Source: Azolla caroliniana
Lineage: Eukaryota; Plantae; Polypodiophyta
NCBI GenBank assembly: GCA_043228905.1
Contig: JBHGNT010000001.1
Span: forward strand, 20,522,001-20,586,000
Length of the DNA: 64,000 nt
Direction of reading: 5' to 3'
Shown: piece after piece, positions 36,981 through 50,406 of the stretch
Layout of the letters: each line of letters begins with the position of its first letter
Position numbering within the stretch: position 1 is the stretch's first letter
Program-made: the position numbers and the translations under genes
Notes under the pieces: model-generated
Seen by the model: only the letters and a program-made list of their open reading frames with translations
What the model was told of the DNA's origin: nothing
Databases searched by the model: none

Positions 36981-37499
36981 GAGTTTTTACAATAACCAAT
37001 GTAATACAAAAAGTAGCTTTTATCCTCTCATATGACAATAAGCTATCTTAATGGTTGCGAGTTTTTACAGTAATCGATGTAATACAAAAAATAGCTTTTA
37101 TCCTCTCATTTGACAATAAGCTATCTTAATGGTTGAGAGCATAGTACGTAAAATTTGTGTTCGTCTAGCATAACGTTCGTTTTCCTATGTTGGAAAATAA
37201 ATGCGAATGTTATTCAAACATTCTTGTGTTTTTTTTTTGTTTTTTCCCCATTTTTTAATGTTTTTTTTGTTTTTTTTCTATTTTTTAGGCTTATTTACCT
37301 CATAATAAATAGTTAATCCAAAAGTATGGTTTTTATCATTCTTTGAGGGTGTTTTTCTTTCGCGAATGTTTCAATCATTCACGAATGCATGTATGGTACG
37401 TATGGTTCATACTATGGTTGAGAGTTTTTACAATAATCGATGTAATACAAAAAGTAGCTTTTATCCTCTCATATGACAATAAGTTATCTTAATGGTTGA
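36981..37499. repeat. Three copies of a 78-bp AT-rich tandem repeat
   Basis: Units start at 36981, 37059 and about 37422 (the last displaced by a MITE). Confidence 0.9.
37140..37416. mobile_element. Non-autonomous hAT-type MITE, 277 bp
   Basis: 8-bp TSD GTTGAGAG (37132-37139 and 37417-37424); terminal inverted repeat CATAGTAYG/CATACTATG. Confidence 0.75.
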
Positions 37500-38326
37500 G
37501 GTTTCCAATTATGGATTACACGGTACGAGGTTCAAGTCCGGGTGACGCCATAATGGTCATGTGTGCTTGACAGTAAGTCCACTACATGCGGCGATGCACT
37601 GCGTATCCTTTCAATGGACGGAGCAAGAAGATAAGGTGTACCAAGCATTGAAGGTGATGATGTCCCAGGCCCCGGTAGTACCACCACTGGACTGGACGAA
37701 AGATTTTCACGTGTTCGTGGACATGTCCGACGTAGCAATAGGAAGTGTGATCATGTAGCTAATTGAACCTAGGTGGTACCGTCTAGTGTATTACGTGAGC
37801 CAGAAACTTTCAAAGGCGGAACGGAATTATTCTACAATGGAGAGAGAAGCCATCAGAATGATATACAACATCACAAAGTACCGCCACTATCTGTTAGGAT
37901 GCAAGTTTTCCTTCCATGTGGACCATTCGGTGTTACTATATTTGGTATCCAAGGCATCCCTAACTAGTAAATTAGCACGATGGACATTAATACTGCAAGA
38001 ATTCGAATTAGAAATTTTCCACCGACCGGGAGTACAACACACGATGGCAGACTACTTGAGCCGGCTGGAATCTGGAGAGTCCGAGACGAGTTCCTTGATG
38101 CAGAGCTATTCAAAGTCACTACGCATACGGTAGTGGATGACACAATGGCCAGTGAAGATATATCGCTAACCAACATGCATCAGTTCCTAAGTACTGGATT
38201 GCCTCCGAAAGAGCTGAGGCGGGATGAGCGGAAACGATTGGCGTTCCAAAGTTGACACTTTTGTTTAATACAGGATACACTCTATCACAAGGGAGCAGAT
38301 GGAATCTGGTGGCACATCGTAAGGAG
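37500..38326 (+). pseudogene. pol: Gypsy RT end and RNase H fragment, probably the continuation of element E
   Basis: FHVFVDMSDVAIG, KLSKAERNYSTMERE, ADYLSR. Assignment to E is inferred from orientation and domain order. Confidence 0.7.
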
Positions 38327-40604
38327 TGTTGAATACGGGCTTCTAATGGACGTATTCACATTATCTCCTTTTGTACACACTAGGCTTAGGCTATTTATGT
38401 AAATAGTGAGAAGGGCAGTTGCCCTAAGCCAGTCAGTATATAAACTGACTTTGAAACCTAGTTAGGTGGGGGTGGCGTTAAGTTGTAATACAGTTGGTTT
38501 CTTTTCTATCTTCGTTGCCATCAAAGCTATGAACTTGCATCCATTTACGATCTTATCCTAGACGAGTGTTGATCTTGTTCCGCATTAGATGACGGTGAAC
38601 CTAACATATGGTATCAGAGTGATGTTTGTTTGATTCCACAACCGCCATCTATCTAACCTCCATTGGCAACTCTTCTCTTGTACACCTTGAAGATCTTGAT
38701 TGGCAACTCCTCTTGAAATCACATCTGACGAAGAGAGACAACCCCAATCTGTGTTTCATTCGGTTGAACGACACTTGGGAGAACCAGTTGGCTCCATCCC
38801 TCTCATCGTTGTAGTTACCCGAAACAGGATCAGCCTGGAGAATCACACATAATAAGTGTTGAGAAATCTCGGAAAAATTGAGATTTGAAATCGAATAATA
38901 AAATCCGGGTTCAATTTGACTAAGTCGGTTGACTATAGTCACTCCGAACAGGATTCATCTATATTCGAAACCAACACGACTTTGCGTCCAACCCCAGTTA
39001 GAACGACATCGACTGAGCATGGCTGTTGCACTCCACCACAATTCGTAGCTGACTCCAGACCAAGTTTATTAAACCAACACAGATGGCATCAAGATCCGGC
39101 TCGTTAGAGATGAGTCTAAGGAAGTTTGACGGATCGAACTTCAACTTCTGGAAGGATAAGATGTAGGACTATTTAATAGTCAAGGGCCAAATTGACCGCA
39201 TTGAGAATGAAGACCCTCTAGAAGGATACAAGCTGCTTGAATGGGAAAAGCTGGACAGAAGCATCCGAGCCACCATTCGGATGCACCTACAGGAGTCTGT
39301 GTACTTCACGGTGCAATCATGTTCCACTGCCTTCCAACTATGGAAGACACTTTCGGACACTTACGAAAAGAAGGTCGCCGCCACCAAGATATACCTAATT
39401 CGGCAGTTTTATAACCTTCGGATGAAAGAGTCTGACTCGGTCCAGGCACACCTGAACAAGTACGAAAGCTTAAGCTCCCAAATTTCGGCCCAGGGAACGA
39501 TTATCGAGGATGAACTAAAAGCAATGTTGCTCATGAGTAGTCTCCCTCTGTGGGAAACTTTCATTACAACCATGTGCAATGCGTCGACAACTACCGTCAA
39601 GGACTCCTCAGCCACAAGTGCAATTTTGATTGAAGCAGCTCGGAGAAAATCGTTTGCTAACGATTCAACCAACAAGGCTTACGCAGTACGAGGTTCGACT
39701 GATCGATCGAACAGCCGTGGAAGAAGGTCTTCACAGTAGCCGAACAATCAACGAAGTCAGAGCAAGTCCCGGGATAATCGAGTCTGCAACTACTGCAAGA
39801 AACTTGGACACATCAAAGCCGATTGTCGTGCAGTCAAGAAAAAAAATGATAAGGCTCAGCAAGCCGAGCAGAAGAGTGGGTGACACGAGGAGATAAACTA
39901 CGTCGGCTCTACAACCAAAGTATTATCAAACGACCCAAACATACTATGAATTGAGAACCCAATCGAATCAGAAGTTCTGCTTACGACTGACGAATCGAGC
40001 ACATGGCTCTTAGATTTGGGTGTGTCCTTTCATGTGACTCCTCATTGATCCCAATTTCGGCAATACACGGCCTGACATTCCGACTCAGTACGAGTAGGAA
40101 TTTCGCAACACTGCGACATAATTGGAATCGGCACGGTAGAGCTCAACCTTGTAGGTGGCTCTACATTAGTACTACGCAATGTCTGACATGTACCTGAGCT
40201 CTCAAGTCCACTGATCTCAGTCGGACAATTGGATGAAGAAGAAATTTGTGTTGGCTTCTCATCAGGAGGGTGGACGCTCCATAGGGGGAACCTCTTGCTT
40301 GCTCGAGGACCAAAGATACACTCATTGTATCCCTTGCACGTCACACTCAAAGAGGGTGACCTATTTCTGGTTGACATCCCCATGTCATCACTATGGCATG
40401 GACGACTCAGATACCTCAGCAAGGCCGGCATCACGCACTTATCCAAAGCCGGATGCATCCCCAAACTCTCCTTCTCGGATCATCAATTTTGTGAGCATTG
40501 CCAATACGTCAAACAGATAACCGCTACACACCCATCATCCGCCCCGAGAGAATCGAGTCTGCTCGATTTGGTCCACTCGGATGTCTATGGTCCCATGCCA
40601 TAGC

Positions 40605-43600
40605 TGTTGAGAAGCAAGCTCAACATGGTATGTGATGCTTATTGGGAAATAACCTATAGTATCTATTTAGCTACTTGTGAACATAAAGGAGAAACAACTA
40701 ATTAGCTATTGACAGCTAATTAGTTGCATATGTAAGTAACTTATTACTTAGGTAAAAAGTAAGAGAGTAGGTAAGTAAGAAATATATAGGAAGTAGAACT
40801 CTGAGAGAGAGAGTGAGGATAGAGAGGAAGAACTCAGAGAGTGAGGGTAGAAGAGAGAAACAGACGAGAGCAAGTAGAGCTCTGCGTGTAATGAAATAGA
40901 AGAAGTTTTGGTTGCTACACAGGTAAGTCTCCTTCCCCCTTCCCTTTTGTGTTTGAGCACCAAACGATCCAGCACACCACGATCCGCCGTGCACATAAGA
41001 AGAGCCCGAGTGCCTTCTTTACGTTGTCTTAACATGGTATCAGAGCAAGTTGCTCATAAAGAAGAGTAGAAAAGTGCATGGATCTGAGAAAGGTATTTCT
41101 CTATTTGTTGATCTGAATCAGAAAGTTACTTGTTGAAGTAAACATAGCAGACACCCTAGTTTGGAAGAGATAATGGCTGCAGAGAATGCGGACCAAATAG
41201 TTACAGAGAAACTAGATAAAAACAATTTCCCATCGTGGAAATTTAGAATGACAAATTTCCTGATGGGGAAAGGATACTGGGATTACATTGAAGGAGACCT
41301 AGAAGAGGCTCCGGAGATCCCAGAAGAAAATGCCACAGCAGCATAGATTAAAACATTCAAATATTGGAATCAAGGGGCAAGGAAGGTAATGCATTGGCTC
41401 TCACTTAGCATCTCAGATTCGATGCTTGGGCACATACAGGATGTTATGCTCCTAAAAGAAGCTTGGGACAGTTTGGTAAAATTGTTTGCAGTAAACACAA
41501 AAGCTAGAAAGCTACAGTTGAAGACTAAGCTAAATACCTTAGAAAAAGGTAAGATGTCAATAAATGAGTATGCTTTGAAAATAAAGAGCATATGTGAATC
41601 ACTTGCTTCTATCAATGTAAAGATAGAAGATGATGATAAGGTAGAAATATGCTTGAGAGGCTTAGGACCTCAATACAAAAGCTTTAAAACCTCTATGCTT
41701 ACAAGGGATAGTATCCCAAGTTTTCCAGATCTGGTTTTTAATGCTTGTAGTAGAAGAAAGGAATCAGATGGATGATGTAAATAAAGGAAATCTTGAGAAT
41801 GAGGGGCAAGCCCTATATAATAGTGCTGGAAGAGGCAGAGGAAGAGGCCATGAAAGATTTGGCTCAGCAAGAACCAACAATAATGGTTATCAAGGAAGAG
41901 GACAACAAACCATTAGATGAAGAAACAACAGAGGCAGGGGGAGCAACCAAGGTAGAGGTAAGCAAACATATGTAAATGATGATGGTTGTTGGTATTGTGG
42001 AAAACCAGGTCACACACAGGCTGAATGTTACAAGAAGCAAAATGATGAGCAAAGAGGAAAGAGACAACAAAATAACTATGCCCAAACTAGTGAAGATTGT
42101 GAAAAAGATGGTGCATTTGTGGTACAACATGAGATAGCAACAGTGGTTGAAAGCTCACAAAAATGTAATGAAGAGTTTACATGGTATGTAGACTCGGGGG
42201 CATCTAACCATATGAATGGACATGCAAACTGGTTTGAAAGGTTAAGAGAACCAGATATTCCTTGCTATGTACAGACGGGTGATAATAGTACTCACCAAAT
42301 AGAACATGTTGGAGATATCCCATTGTGGGAAGAAAAAGGAAAGACTAAGTATATGTTTAATGTAATGCATGTTCCAAATCTTGCTAAGAATGAATCTGAT
42401 TTCTGTTGGACAAATAGTAGAGCAAGGTATGCAAGTAAAGTTTAAGCAAAGTGGACGCTATATAGAAAAGAATGGGAAGCTCATTGCAAAAGGAAAACGG
42501 CAAGAAAGAATGTTTATTTTGGATGTTGACATGCCTAGACAGATTTCAGCTATGTTTGCAAATGGAATGAGTGTAGTCTCAGATGTGGAAATGTGGCATA
42601 AAAGGATTGGCCACATAAGTATGCAAACCCTAAAGAATATGTTGAGAAAAGATGCAGTGGCTGGACTGCCAAAACTAAAAAATTGTGAAATGGGAAAGAT
42701 ATGTGAAGCATGTCAATATGGAAAGCAAAATAGGTTGTCATTCCCTCATGAAAGACATGTAAGTAAAAATTTGTTGGATTTGGTACATACAGATGTATGG
42801 GGACCAACTAAGAATGCATCTATCGGTGGCTGCAGATTCTATGTAACTTTTATTAATGATTGCTCAAGGAAAACATGGGTGTACTTCATGAAAGAGAAAA
42901 GTGAAGTATTTGAATGTTTTCGTAAGTTTAAATGCATGGTAGAAAAGCAGGCAAGTACAAGAATAAAATGTTTAAGATCTGATGGAGGAGAGTATTTCTC
43001 CAATGAATTTTCTGATTTTCTATGCAATCAGGGAATAAGAAGACAGTTCACATGTAGATATACTCCACAGCAAAATGGAGTTGCTGAGAGGAAAAACAGA
43101 ACATTGATGAACATTGCAAGGGCTTTGATGACAGAGAAGAATATGCCATTGTACTATTGGGCAGAAGCTGTAAATACAACAAATTATATTCTAAATATAT
43201 GTATAACATCGGGAGTACATGAAGCAACTCCTGAAGAGTGTTTCTATGGAAGGAAACCTAGTTTAGAACACTTAAAAGTGTTTGGATGCCTTGCATATGT
43301 ACATGTGCCTACAGAAGTAAGAAGTAAGCTGAATCCAAAAGCAGAAAAATGTATTTTTGTTGGCTATTCAGAAGAACAAAAAGGTATAGATGCTATAACC
43401 CTGTAACAAAGAAGATTGTGACAAGTAGGGATGTAATCTTTGATGAGTTAGCCAGCTGGTACAATCCAAAACAGAATCCAGAGACTGATGAAGACAATGA
43501 GATTGAAGACAGAGACAAATTTGAAAATGTAGAAGACTGCCACAGAGATGGAAGCAAGGTTGGACAGCAAAGTCCAACATCAACAAAATGTTCTGGACCA

Positions 43601-45987
43601 TCAAAAAGCTCAGATGGTAAATCTGATTCGAATTCTTGGAGTGGAAAAAGTGGAGGACACAAAAAATGTGATGATAAAAAAGGAATACAGAAAATGCCAA
43701 AGTATGAAATGTTGGATGACTTGTCTAAAAACATGGAAGATGAGGATTCAGATATGTCATTGGATGATTTTCTTGGTATAAGAGGATTGAAAATCCTTGG
43801 TATGGAAAAAGCATTGAAGGATGCAAATCAGAAACTGAGAAGATCAGATAGAGAGAAAAAAATTGTTGAAAGATTTGGTTATGATACTTATATGGCTATG
43901 CATTATGCATATATGTCTAAGGTGGTACATATCCCTGATCCAAGTAGTTTTGATGAGGCTAAAACGGAGAAGAAATGGGTGGATGCAATGCAAGAAGAGA
44001 TTGATGTATTGGCTGAAAACAGAACATGGGATTTGGTGAAGTTACCAAAAGGAAAAAATGTGGTAGGTTGCAAATGGGTCTACAAGACAAAGCATGATTC
44101 CAGTGGGAATGTAAGTAGACATAAAGCAAGATTGGTTGCAAAGGGATATGCCCAAATGCAAGGAATTGATTATGATGAGACATTTGCACTGGTTGCAAAG
44201 ATGGCAACATTGAGGACATTACTGGCTATAGGTGCAACCAGAAGATGGTTTCTTCATCATATGGATGTAAAAAATGCCTTTTTACATGGTAACTTGGAAG
44301 AAGAAGTGTATTTGTGTCAACCACCAGGTTTTGAAGATAGGAAGCATCCAGATTATGTATGTAAGCTGAAAAAGGCTCTCTATGGACTGAAACAGGCACC
44401 AAGAGCATGGCACAGAGAACTTTCAGATTATCTGAAAAAACTTGACATCAAAATGTCAAAGGCTGATTCATCATTGTATGTTAAAAGGAAAGATGATTGT
44501 ATTGTTGTGATTTTGATTTATGTTGATGATCTCATCATTGGAGGTGATTCCATGGATGAAATAAGTAAGTTGAAAAGAAATTTGGAAATGCAATTTCATA
44601 TGAAAGATTTGGGAGATCTGAGATATTTTTTGGGTATTGAAATCATCAGATCCGAAAGTGGTATATATGTGTTGCAAAGACAATATGCAACAACTATGTT
44701 GAAAAAGTATGGTATGCTTGGATGCAAACCTATTAAAGTACCACTAGATAAAAACTGCAAATTGAGGGGCTGATTTGGGAGCCAAAATAGAAGATGTAAA
44801 CATGTACAGGTCTATGGTGGGCAACCTTATTTATTTGACCATAACAAGACCTGATTTGAGTTATGCAGTTGGATTAGTCAGCCAATTTATGCAACAACCA
44901 ACAAAGCCGCATTTGGACTGCATTAAAAGAATTCTGAGGTATATAAAAGCTACTCAGAACTATGGATTGTTTTACAGGGCTGATTTGGACATAAATCTGG
45001 AAGGATATACAGATGTTGATTGGGCTGGAAGCCAAACAAATAGAAGATCCACAAGTGGATATATGTTTACATTGGGAAGTGCAGGTATTTCATGGAGTAG
45101 CAAGAAACAAGCTATTGTTGCATTGTCTAGTACTGAAGCTGAGTACAGAGGAGCCGCCATAGCCACTTGTGAAGAGGTATGGATCAGAAGATTGCTTGCT
45201 GATTTGGGAGAGTATATAGATGGTACTGTCACAATCTGGTGTGACAATATGAGCAGCATTCAGCTTGCAAAAAACCCAGTGTTCCATGCAAGAACAAACC
45301 ACATTGAAGTGCATTATCACTTTGTTAGAGAAAAAGTGATTGAAGGAGAAGTTGATCTGGTGTATGTGAATACAAATCAGCAGGTTGCTGATATTCTCAC
45401 AAAGGGATTGAGTGTGGAAAAGCATACACAGTTTCGGAACATGATGGGAGTTGTAGACACTAATATGATGGCTGAAAAGCATCATGGAAAAGAAGTTGTC
45501 GATAACCCCAAGAAAGGATAAGTTGAGCTTGAGGGGGAGTGTTGAGAAGCAAGCTCAACATGGTATGTGATGCTTATTGGGAAATAAGCTGTAGTATCTA
45601 TTTAGCTACTTGTGAACATAAAGGAGAAACAACTAATTAGCTAATGACAACTAATTAGCTACTAACAGCTAATTAGTTGCATATGTAAGTAACTTATTAC
45701 TCAGGTAAAAAGTAAGACAGTAGGTAAGTAAGAAATATACAGGAAGTAGAACTCTGAGAGAGAGAGTGAGGATAGAGAGGAAGAACTCAGAGAGTGAGAG
45801 CAGAAGAGAGAAACAGACGAGAGCAAGTAGAGCTCTGCGTGTAATGAAATAGAAGAAGTTTTGGCTGCTACAGAGGTAAGTCTCCTTCCCCCTTCCCTTC
45901 TGTGTTTGAGCACCAAACAATCCAGCACACCACGATCCGCCGCGCACATAAGAAGAGCCCGAGTGCCTTCTTCACGTTTTCTTAACA
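40605..45987 (+). mobile_element. Ty1/copia element L, full length (5383 bp)
   Basis: TSD ATAGC; LTRs 40605-41034 and 45540-45987; perfect Met PBS 41035-41046; PPT 45532-45539. Confidence 0.95.
41173..45521 (+). pseudogene. pol: Gag-pol of element L with a few stops and frameshifts
   Basis: EKLDKNNFPSW, YVDSGASNHM, LVHTDVWGP, RSDGGEY, IYVDDL, ALSSTEAEY. Confidence 0.92.
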
Positions 45988-46496
45988 ATAGCAATCTCTC
46001 AGTGGTGCTTTGTATTTCGTCCGCTTCATTGACGACTTGACTCAGAAGGTGTGGGCTTATCTGATCAAAAGGAAAGATCTAGTGTTGTCGATCTTCTCCA
46101 ATTGGCTCACTATGGTGGAGAATCAATCCGGGAAAAAAGTGAAATGCTTTCGGACCGATAACGGGGTAGAGTTCAAATCAAAGGAATTTGTCAAATTTTG
46201 CCAAGAACGTGGCATCAAACATGAATTTACGGCACCCCACAGTCCGGAGCAGAATGGAATTGTCGAGCGAATGAATTAGAGAATTCAAGAAAGGATAGTT
46301 TCCATGCTCCAACACTCTGGTCTGTCAGATGGCTTCTAGGCAGAGGCCCTACTTACGGTAGTACACATAATCAATATGTCACCGAGCAGGCCTCTAGGAC
46401 TTCGGATTCCTTAGGAACTATGGACCGGCAGTAAGCCGAATTATGACAAGCTAAGGATTTTCGGATGCGAGTCATACGCCCTCATCACGAAAGATG

Positions 46497-47068
46497 TGTT
46501 GGGAGACAAGTCTCTCCGGATGTGAAGGGAGAAGAACAATGCTGATGAACAAACTCAGCCGAGGCCGAAACCGTATGAAGAGTACCCAGCTACGGAGAGC
46601 CAGATGGTGCAGACCCAGTGAAATCCGGATGAGGAGTACCCGGCTACGGAGAGCCGGATGGTGCAGACCCGGTGAGAACCGGATGAAGAGACATATTCGT
46701 AAATATGACTTAGGGCAAACTTTTTGTTGTTGTCATTTCCTGTTTTGCACGAGATTAGAGTGCGTAATAGTGTACAAAGAAAGAGATAGAGAAAGAGGTC
46801 GCTGCCTCTGTTGTAACCGCCGCCTGTGGCGAAGATCATGAGCACGAGGTCGTTGTCTCCGTGAACTCACTGTTTGTACATTCCAACATAGTGATAGTTT
46901 GCAGCCTGTGGGCTGCCGTGGTTTTTCCCTTAGTTTGGGTTTTCCACGTAAACATCTTGTGTACATTTTCTCTCCTTTGTGTCGTGAATTTACTTCCCGT
47001 TTTCTGTGTATGATCCTAAGCTTGGTTGTGGCCGAGCGTTGCGTATAGGGACGGTTCAGTTCTCTTCA
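46497..47068 (+). mobile_element. Solo LTR related to the element C LTR
   Basis: TG..CA ends, perfect TSD AGATG; the host integrase frame (LITKD/DRRKLAP) rejoins across it. Confidence 0.9.
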
Positions 47069-49215
47069 AGATGATCGCCGCAAACTTGCACCAAGGTCCA
47101 GGAAATGTATTTTCCTCGGTTATGGACCAGATGGCAAAATAGGATACTGACTCTAGGACCCTGAACACAGACAAATCGTCTGAAGTTCGGACATCGTGTT
47201 CAACGAGTCTGGCATGCATCAATCGGTCAAAAAACCCATCGAAGTCCGAAGGGTGATTTTCTCCGATGTGCCAACCCTTCATGAAGGCCCAACTCACAAC
47301 ACGCGGTCAGCTTCATGGGAAACTAAACCCTCTAACACTGACTCGGAAGTGGTAGACTTGGCATAGCCAAACTACTCAGATTTGGACCATCCGACCTCAA
47401 CACACGATGCAACCAGTCTAGTCATACCTTGACGATCCGAGAGACTATCACAGCCCCCAGAAACATACTCTCCTAATATCTTCCTCACGGACACTGAAGA
47501 ACCGACGTCATATGAAGAAGCATCAGCATCAACCAACTCGGCCACCTGGCATCTGGCAATCGAGTCCGAAATGAACTCCATTCATGCAAACCACACTTGG
47601 GACTTGGTCAAATCACCGAAGGATCGACGTGCCCTTCCATGTAAGTGGGTCTATCGAGTTAAGGAGACATCTGATTCGGTCACTCGGAAAGTCAAGGCCA
47701 AATTTGTAGCAAAGGGTTTTCGACAGGAATACGGCGTCGACTTCGACGAAATCTTTTCACCAGTGGTGAAAATGACCACCCGTGGCTTTATACTCGGTGT
47801 AGTGGTAGCCGAGAATTTGGAGTTGATTCAGCTAGATGTCAAAATGGCTTGCCTCCACGGTGGTCTTGAGGAGGAAATTTATATGGAATAGCCGATAGGC
47901 TTCGTGGTATCTGGTCAAGAACATCTGTTCTGCTGAATCAGGAAGAGTCTTTATGGCTTGAAACAGGCGCCGCGACAGTGGTACAAGAAGTTTGACAACT
48001 TCATCCAATCGATCGGCTTCTCAAAGAGCGATGAGGACCACTACCTCTTCACGAAAACAACACAAGATGGATTACCGATCTTCCTCATCATCTACGTGGA
48101 CGACATGCTCATCTCTGGTTGCCATGATGGAGAACTCGTTGAACTTGTTCTGCAACTGTGGTTAAAGTTTGCAATGAATGACCTCGGTCCGGCACCACAT
48201 CCTTAGTATGAAAATTAGTCGGAATCGAAATCGAAGAAAACTATTTCTGTCTCAATTTGACTACATCGGCCGTGTCCTATAAAGCTTCAACATGCAATCG
48301 ACGAAATCTACCTCATTCGGGTATGTGTCATTTCAGGGAAAATCGGCCTTGAGAAGGTACCTACAACCGACAATGTTGTGGATGCAATGACCAAGTGCCA
48401 CCCGGAGGATCGATTTTGATCCCTTCGGCATTGAATGGGTATAATGAAGAATCAATCTGATTAAATCGAACACTCGGGACGTTTCTCAAACAATAGACCT
48501 GGATAATTCGAACTTCGGCTTCAGTCTCTCCGAACTCGGCCAATCCGGCCTTTTGCTCTTCAGAGTTCACCGACTCGAATGAATTCTTGATCGTTCATAA
48601 ACCTTGTATCAATCTGTATTGTACATTCATTTTGGTCTATAGATTTCCGATGTATACGCCCATTACGGGGGAGTGTTGAATACGGTGTCGTGAAGATTTT
48701 CGTCCATAGGCGGAAACCGGGGTGGAATAGGCAAATCGGTGGTGTGCACCATGTGCACATGTATACTAGGAAATGGTGCATAGGAATAAGGGGGAAATTT
48801 TGTCCCACATTGTAAGGTCCCTCCCTCCTTGGGCTATAAAAGGAAGGGAGGGGTCACTTATGAAGGGTTGCCTATTTTGAGGGAGAGAGGCATACCACTT
48901 AGGTCCAAGGTTTCCTATTCGGTTTTAGGGTTTCGGTTAGGGTTTTCTTCTTGGGCTTTCCTTTAGGGTTTTCTCATAGTCGTTTGGTGCGGCCATGGCG
49001 GCCACCATTGTTGTAATCATTTGCTTGTTTTTATATATCTTGTTTCTGATCTTGCTTCCATCTATTTTGGTCCATGCTTATGTGCTACTCTTCATCTTCT
49101 CATCCGGTGTTAAGCTTCCATTTCTCATATCTTATTCTTTCTCCTCTACTCCCTAGTCCGAGACCCCCGTGGTCCCGCCCCTTCTACACGCACGCGCGTA
49201 ACAACGCGACATCTT

Positions 49216-49232
49216 TGGTGAACCCGACGTGA
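49216..49232 (+). promoter_or_regulatory. PBS complementary to the tRNA-Trp 3' end
   Basis: TGGTGAACCCGACGTGA is the reverse complement of TCACGTCGGGTTCACCA, the plant cytosolic tRNA-Trp 3' end as I recall it. Confidence 0.8.
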
Positions 49233-49254
49233 AGGGCGGCAAGGGAGCAAGGAG

Positions 49255-49901
49255 ATGGAAGAAGACTTCGACTTCGAGGAGATGATGGCAAAAATCGTGA
49301 TGGAAGCCGGACGGAAGATGGTGAAGCGAGATGCAGCTCAACAAGCCGTCGAAAGGGTGGTCAATCAAGTCAGTCGGTTCAATGGGAATGAGCTCCCAAA
49401 ATTTTTGGGAGCCTACAAGGCCGAGATGGCGAAAGGGGGCGTGGACGAGGAGATGCGGCTAGAGTATTTTCCTCGAGTGGCGATCGCATCGGTGCACAAG
49501 GAGGTCAAAGAGCTACGAGAAGCTCACGAGTCGTGGGTGTCCTTGGAGGAGCCCTATTGGAAGCGTACGGATACGCGAAACCGGAGTGGGTATGCCGGCA
49601 ACCTGATGGGGAGCGGTCGGCAACAACGTGGCCCGCGAGCGGCAGAGAAGAGAGAACGGCAAGTGAGTACGCACTACCGTCGAAAGAGAGCTCAATGCAA
49701 AACGGTTCGGAGGAGCTCGACCTAGAATCGCTAATACGAGACGCATGCGAGCTTGTGAAAGGGAAAATCGAAGCCGAAGAAGGGCTTACTATGGAGTCGG
49801 GCCGGAGACGATCGGAGTATGCGGAGGAAGAAGCCTCCCTAAGCGTAGAAGACGGGGGCCTATACGAAGGCCGGAAGAGAGTAGAAGACGGGCCTATATG
49901 G
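49255..49901 (+). pseudogene. gag: Element I gag N-terminal domain (one frameshift) and start of the acidic extension
   Basis: AVERVV..SRFNGNELPKFLGAYKAEM aligns with H gag AVDRVV..GQFDGRNVTKFLDAYRREM. Confidence 0.75.
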
Positions 49902-50352
49902 TGTCGTGAAGATCCGTCACTACGTGTGGATCGTGAGGCGGAACCGTCGGGGTTCTGGACCGGAAGGATTCAAAGTCGGTACAAGCTTTGGCGAGAAAGT
50001 ACTTAAGATATATTGGGAAAGAGAGAAGTTGGGATTAAACGATTGAGAGAGATTGATTGAACTTTTATCTTTGGTTTTAAGAAACAAGTTACACCATCAA
50101 TTTGATAACGATTTTCTTCTTCTTAATTTCATAATAAAAAAAACGTGTTTTTTCTCCTCCCCTTCTTTTATAGATGCTCTCATGCATATGATGCATGTGA
50201 GGGTACAAGACATGCATAAATTGCATGTTTGCCATTTGGCGCTTATGTATTACATGTGGTGCATGATAACCATGTCACTCATTTTAGCTCTCATGTATGA
50301 GAATTTACATGTAAAAGTACAATGATAGAAATATAAATTCAACTAAATAGCA

Positions 50353-50406
50353 TGGCTTAATGGTAAGCCAATTGACTCCTAACTTGGAAGTGCAAGGTTC
50401 AAATCC
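50353..50406 (+). promoter_or_regulatory. tRNA-gene-like A/B-box module in the H 3' LTR
   Basis: TGGCTTAATGG ... GGTTCAAATCC, spacing 45; D-like stem GCTT/AAGC, T-like stem AAGG/CCTT, loop CTCCTAA. Confidence 0.75.

Larger units (their letters stand above)
38327..48685 (+). mobile_element. Ty1/copia element J (contains L and a solo LTR; 3' LTR interrupted by I)
   Basis: 5' LTR 38327-38606, PBS TGGTATCAGAG 38609-38619, gag-PR-IN 39083-40604, IN-RT 45993-48320, most RNase H deleted, PPT then TGTTGAATACGG at 48674-48685. Confidence 0.88.
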
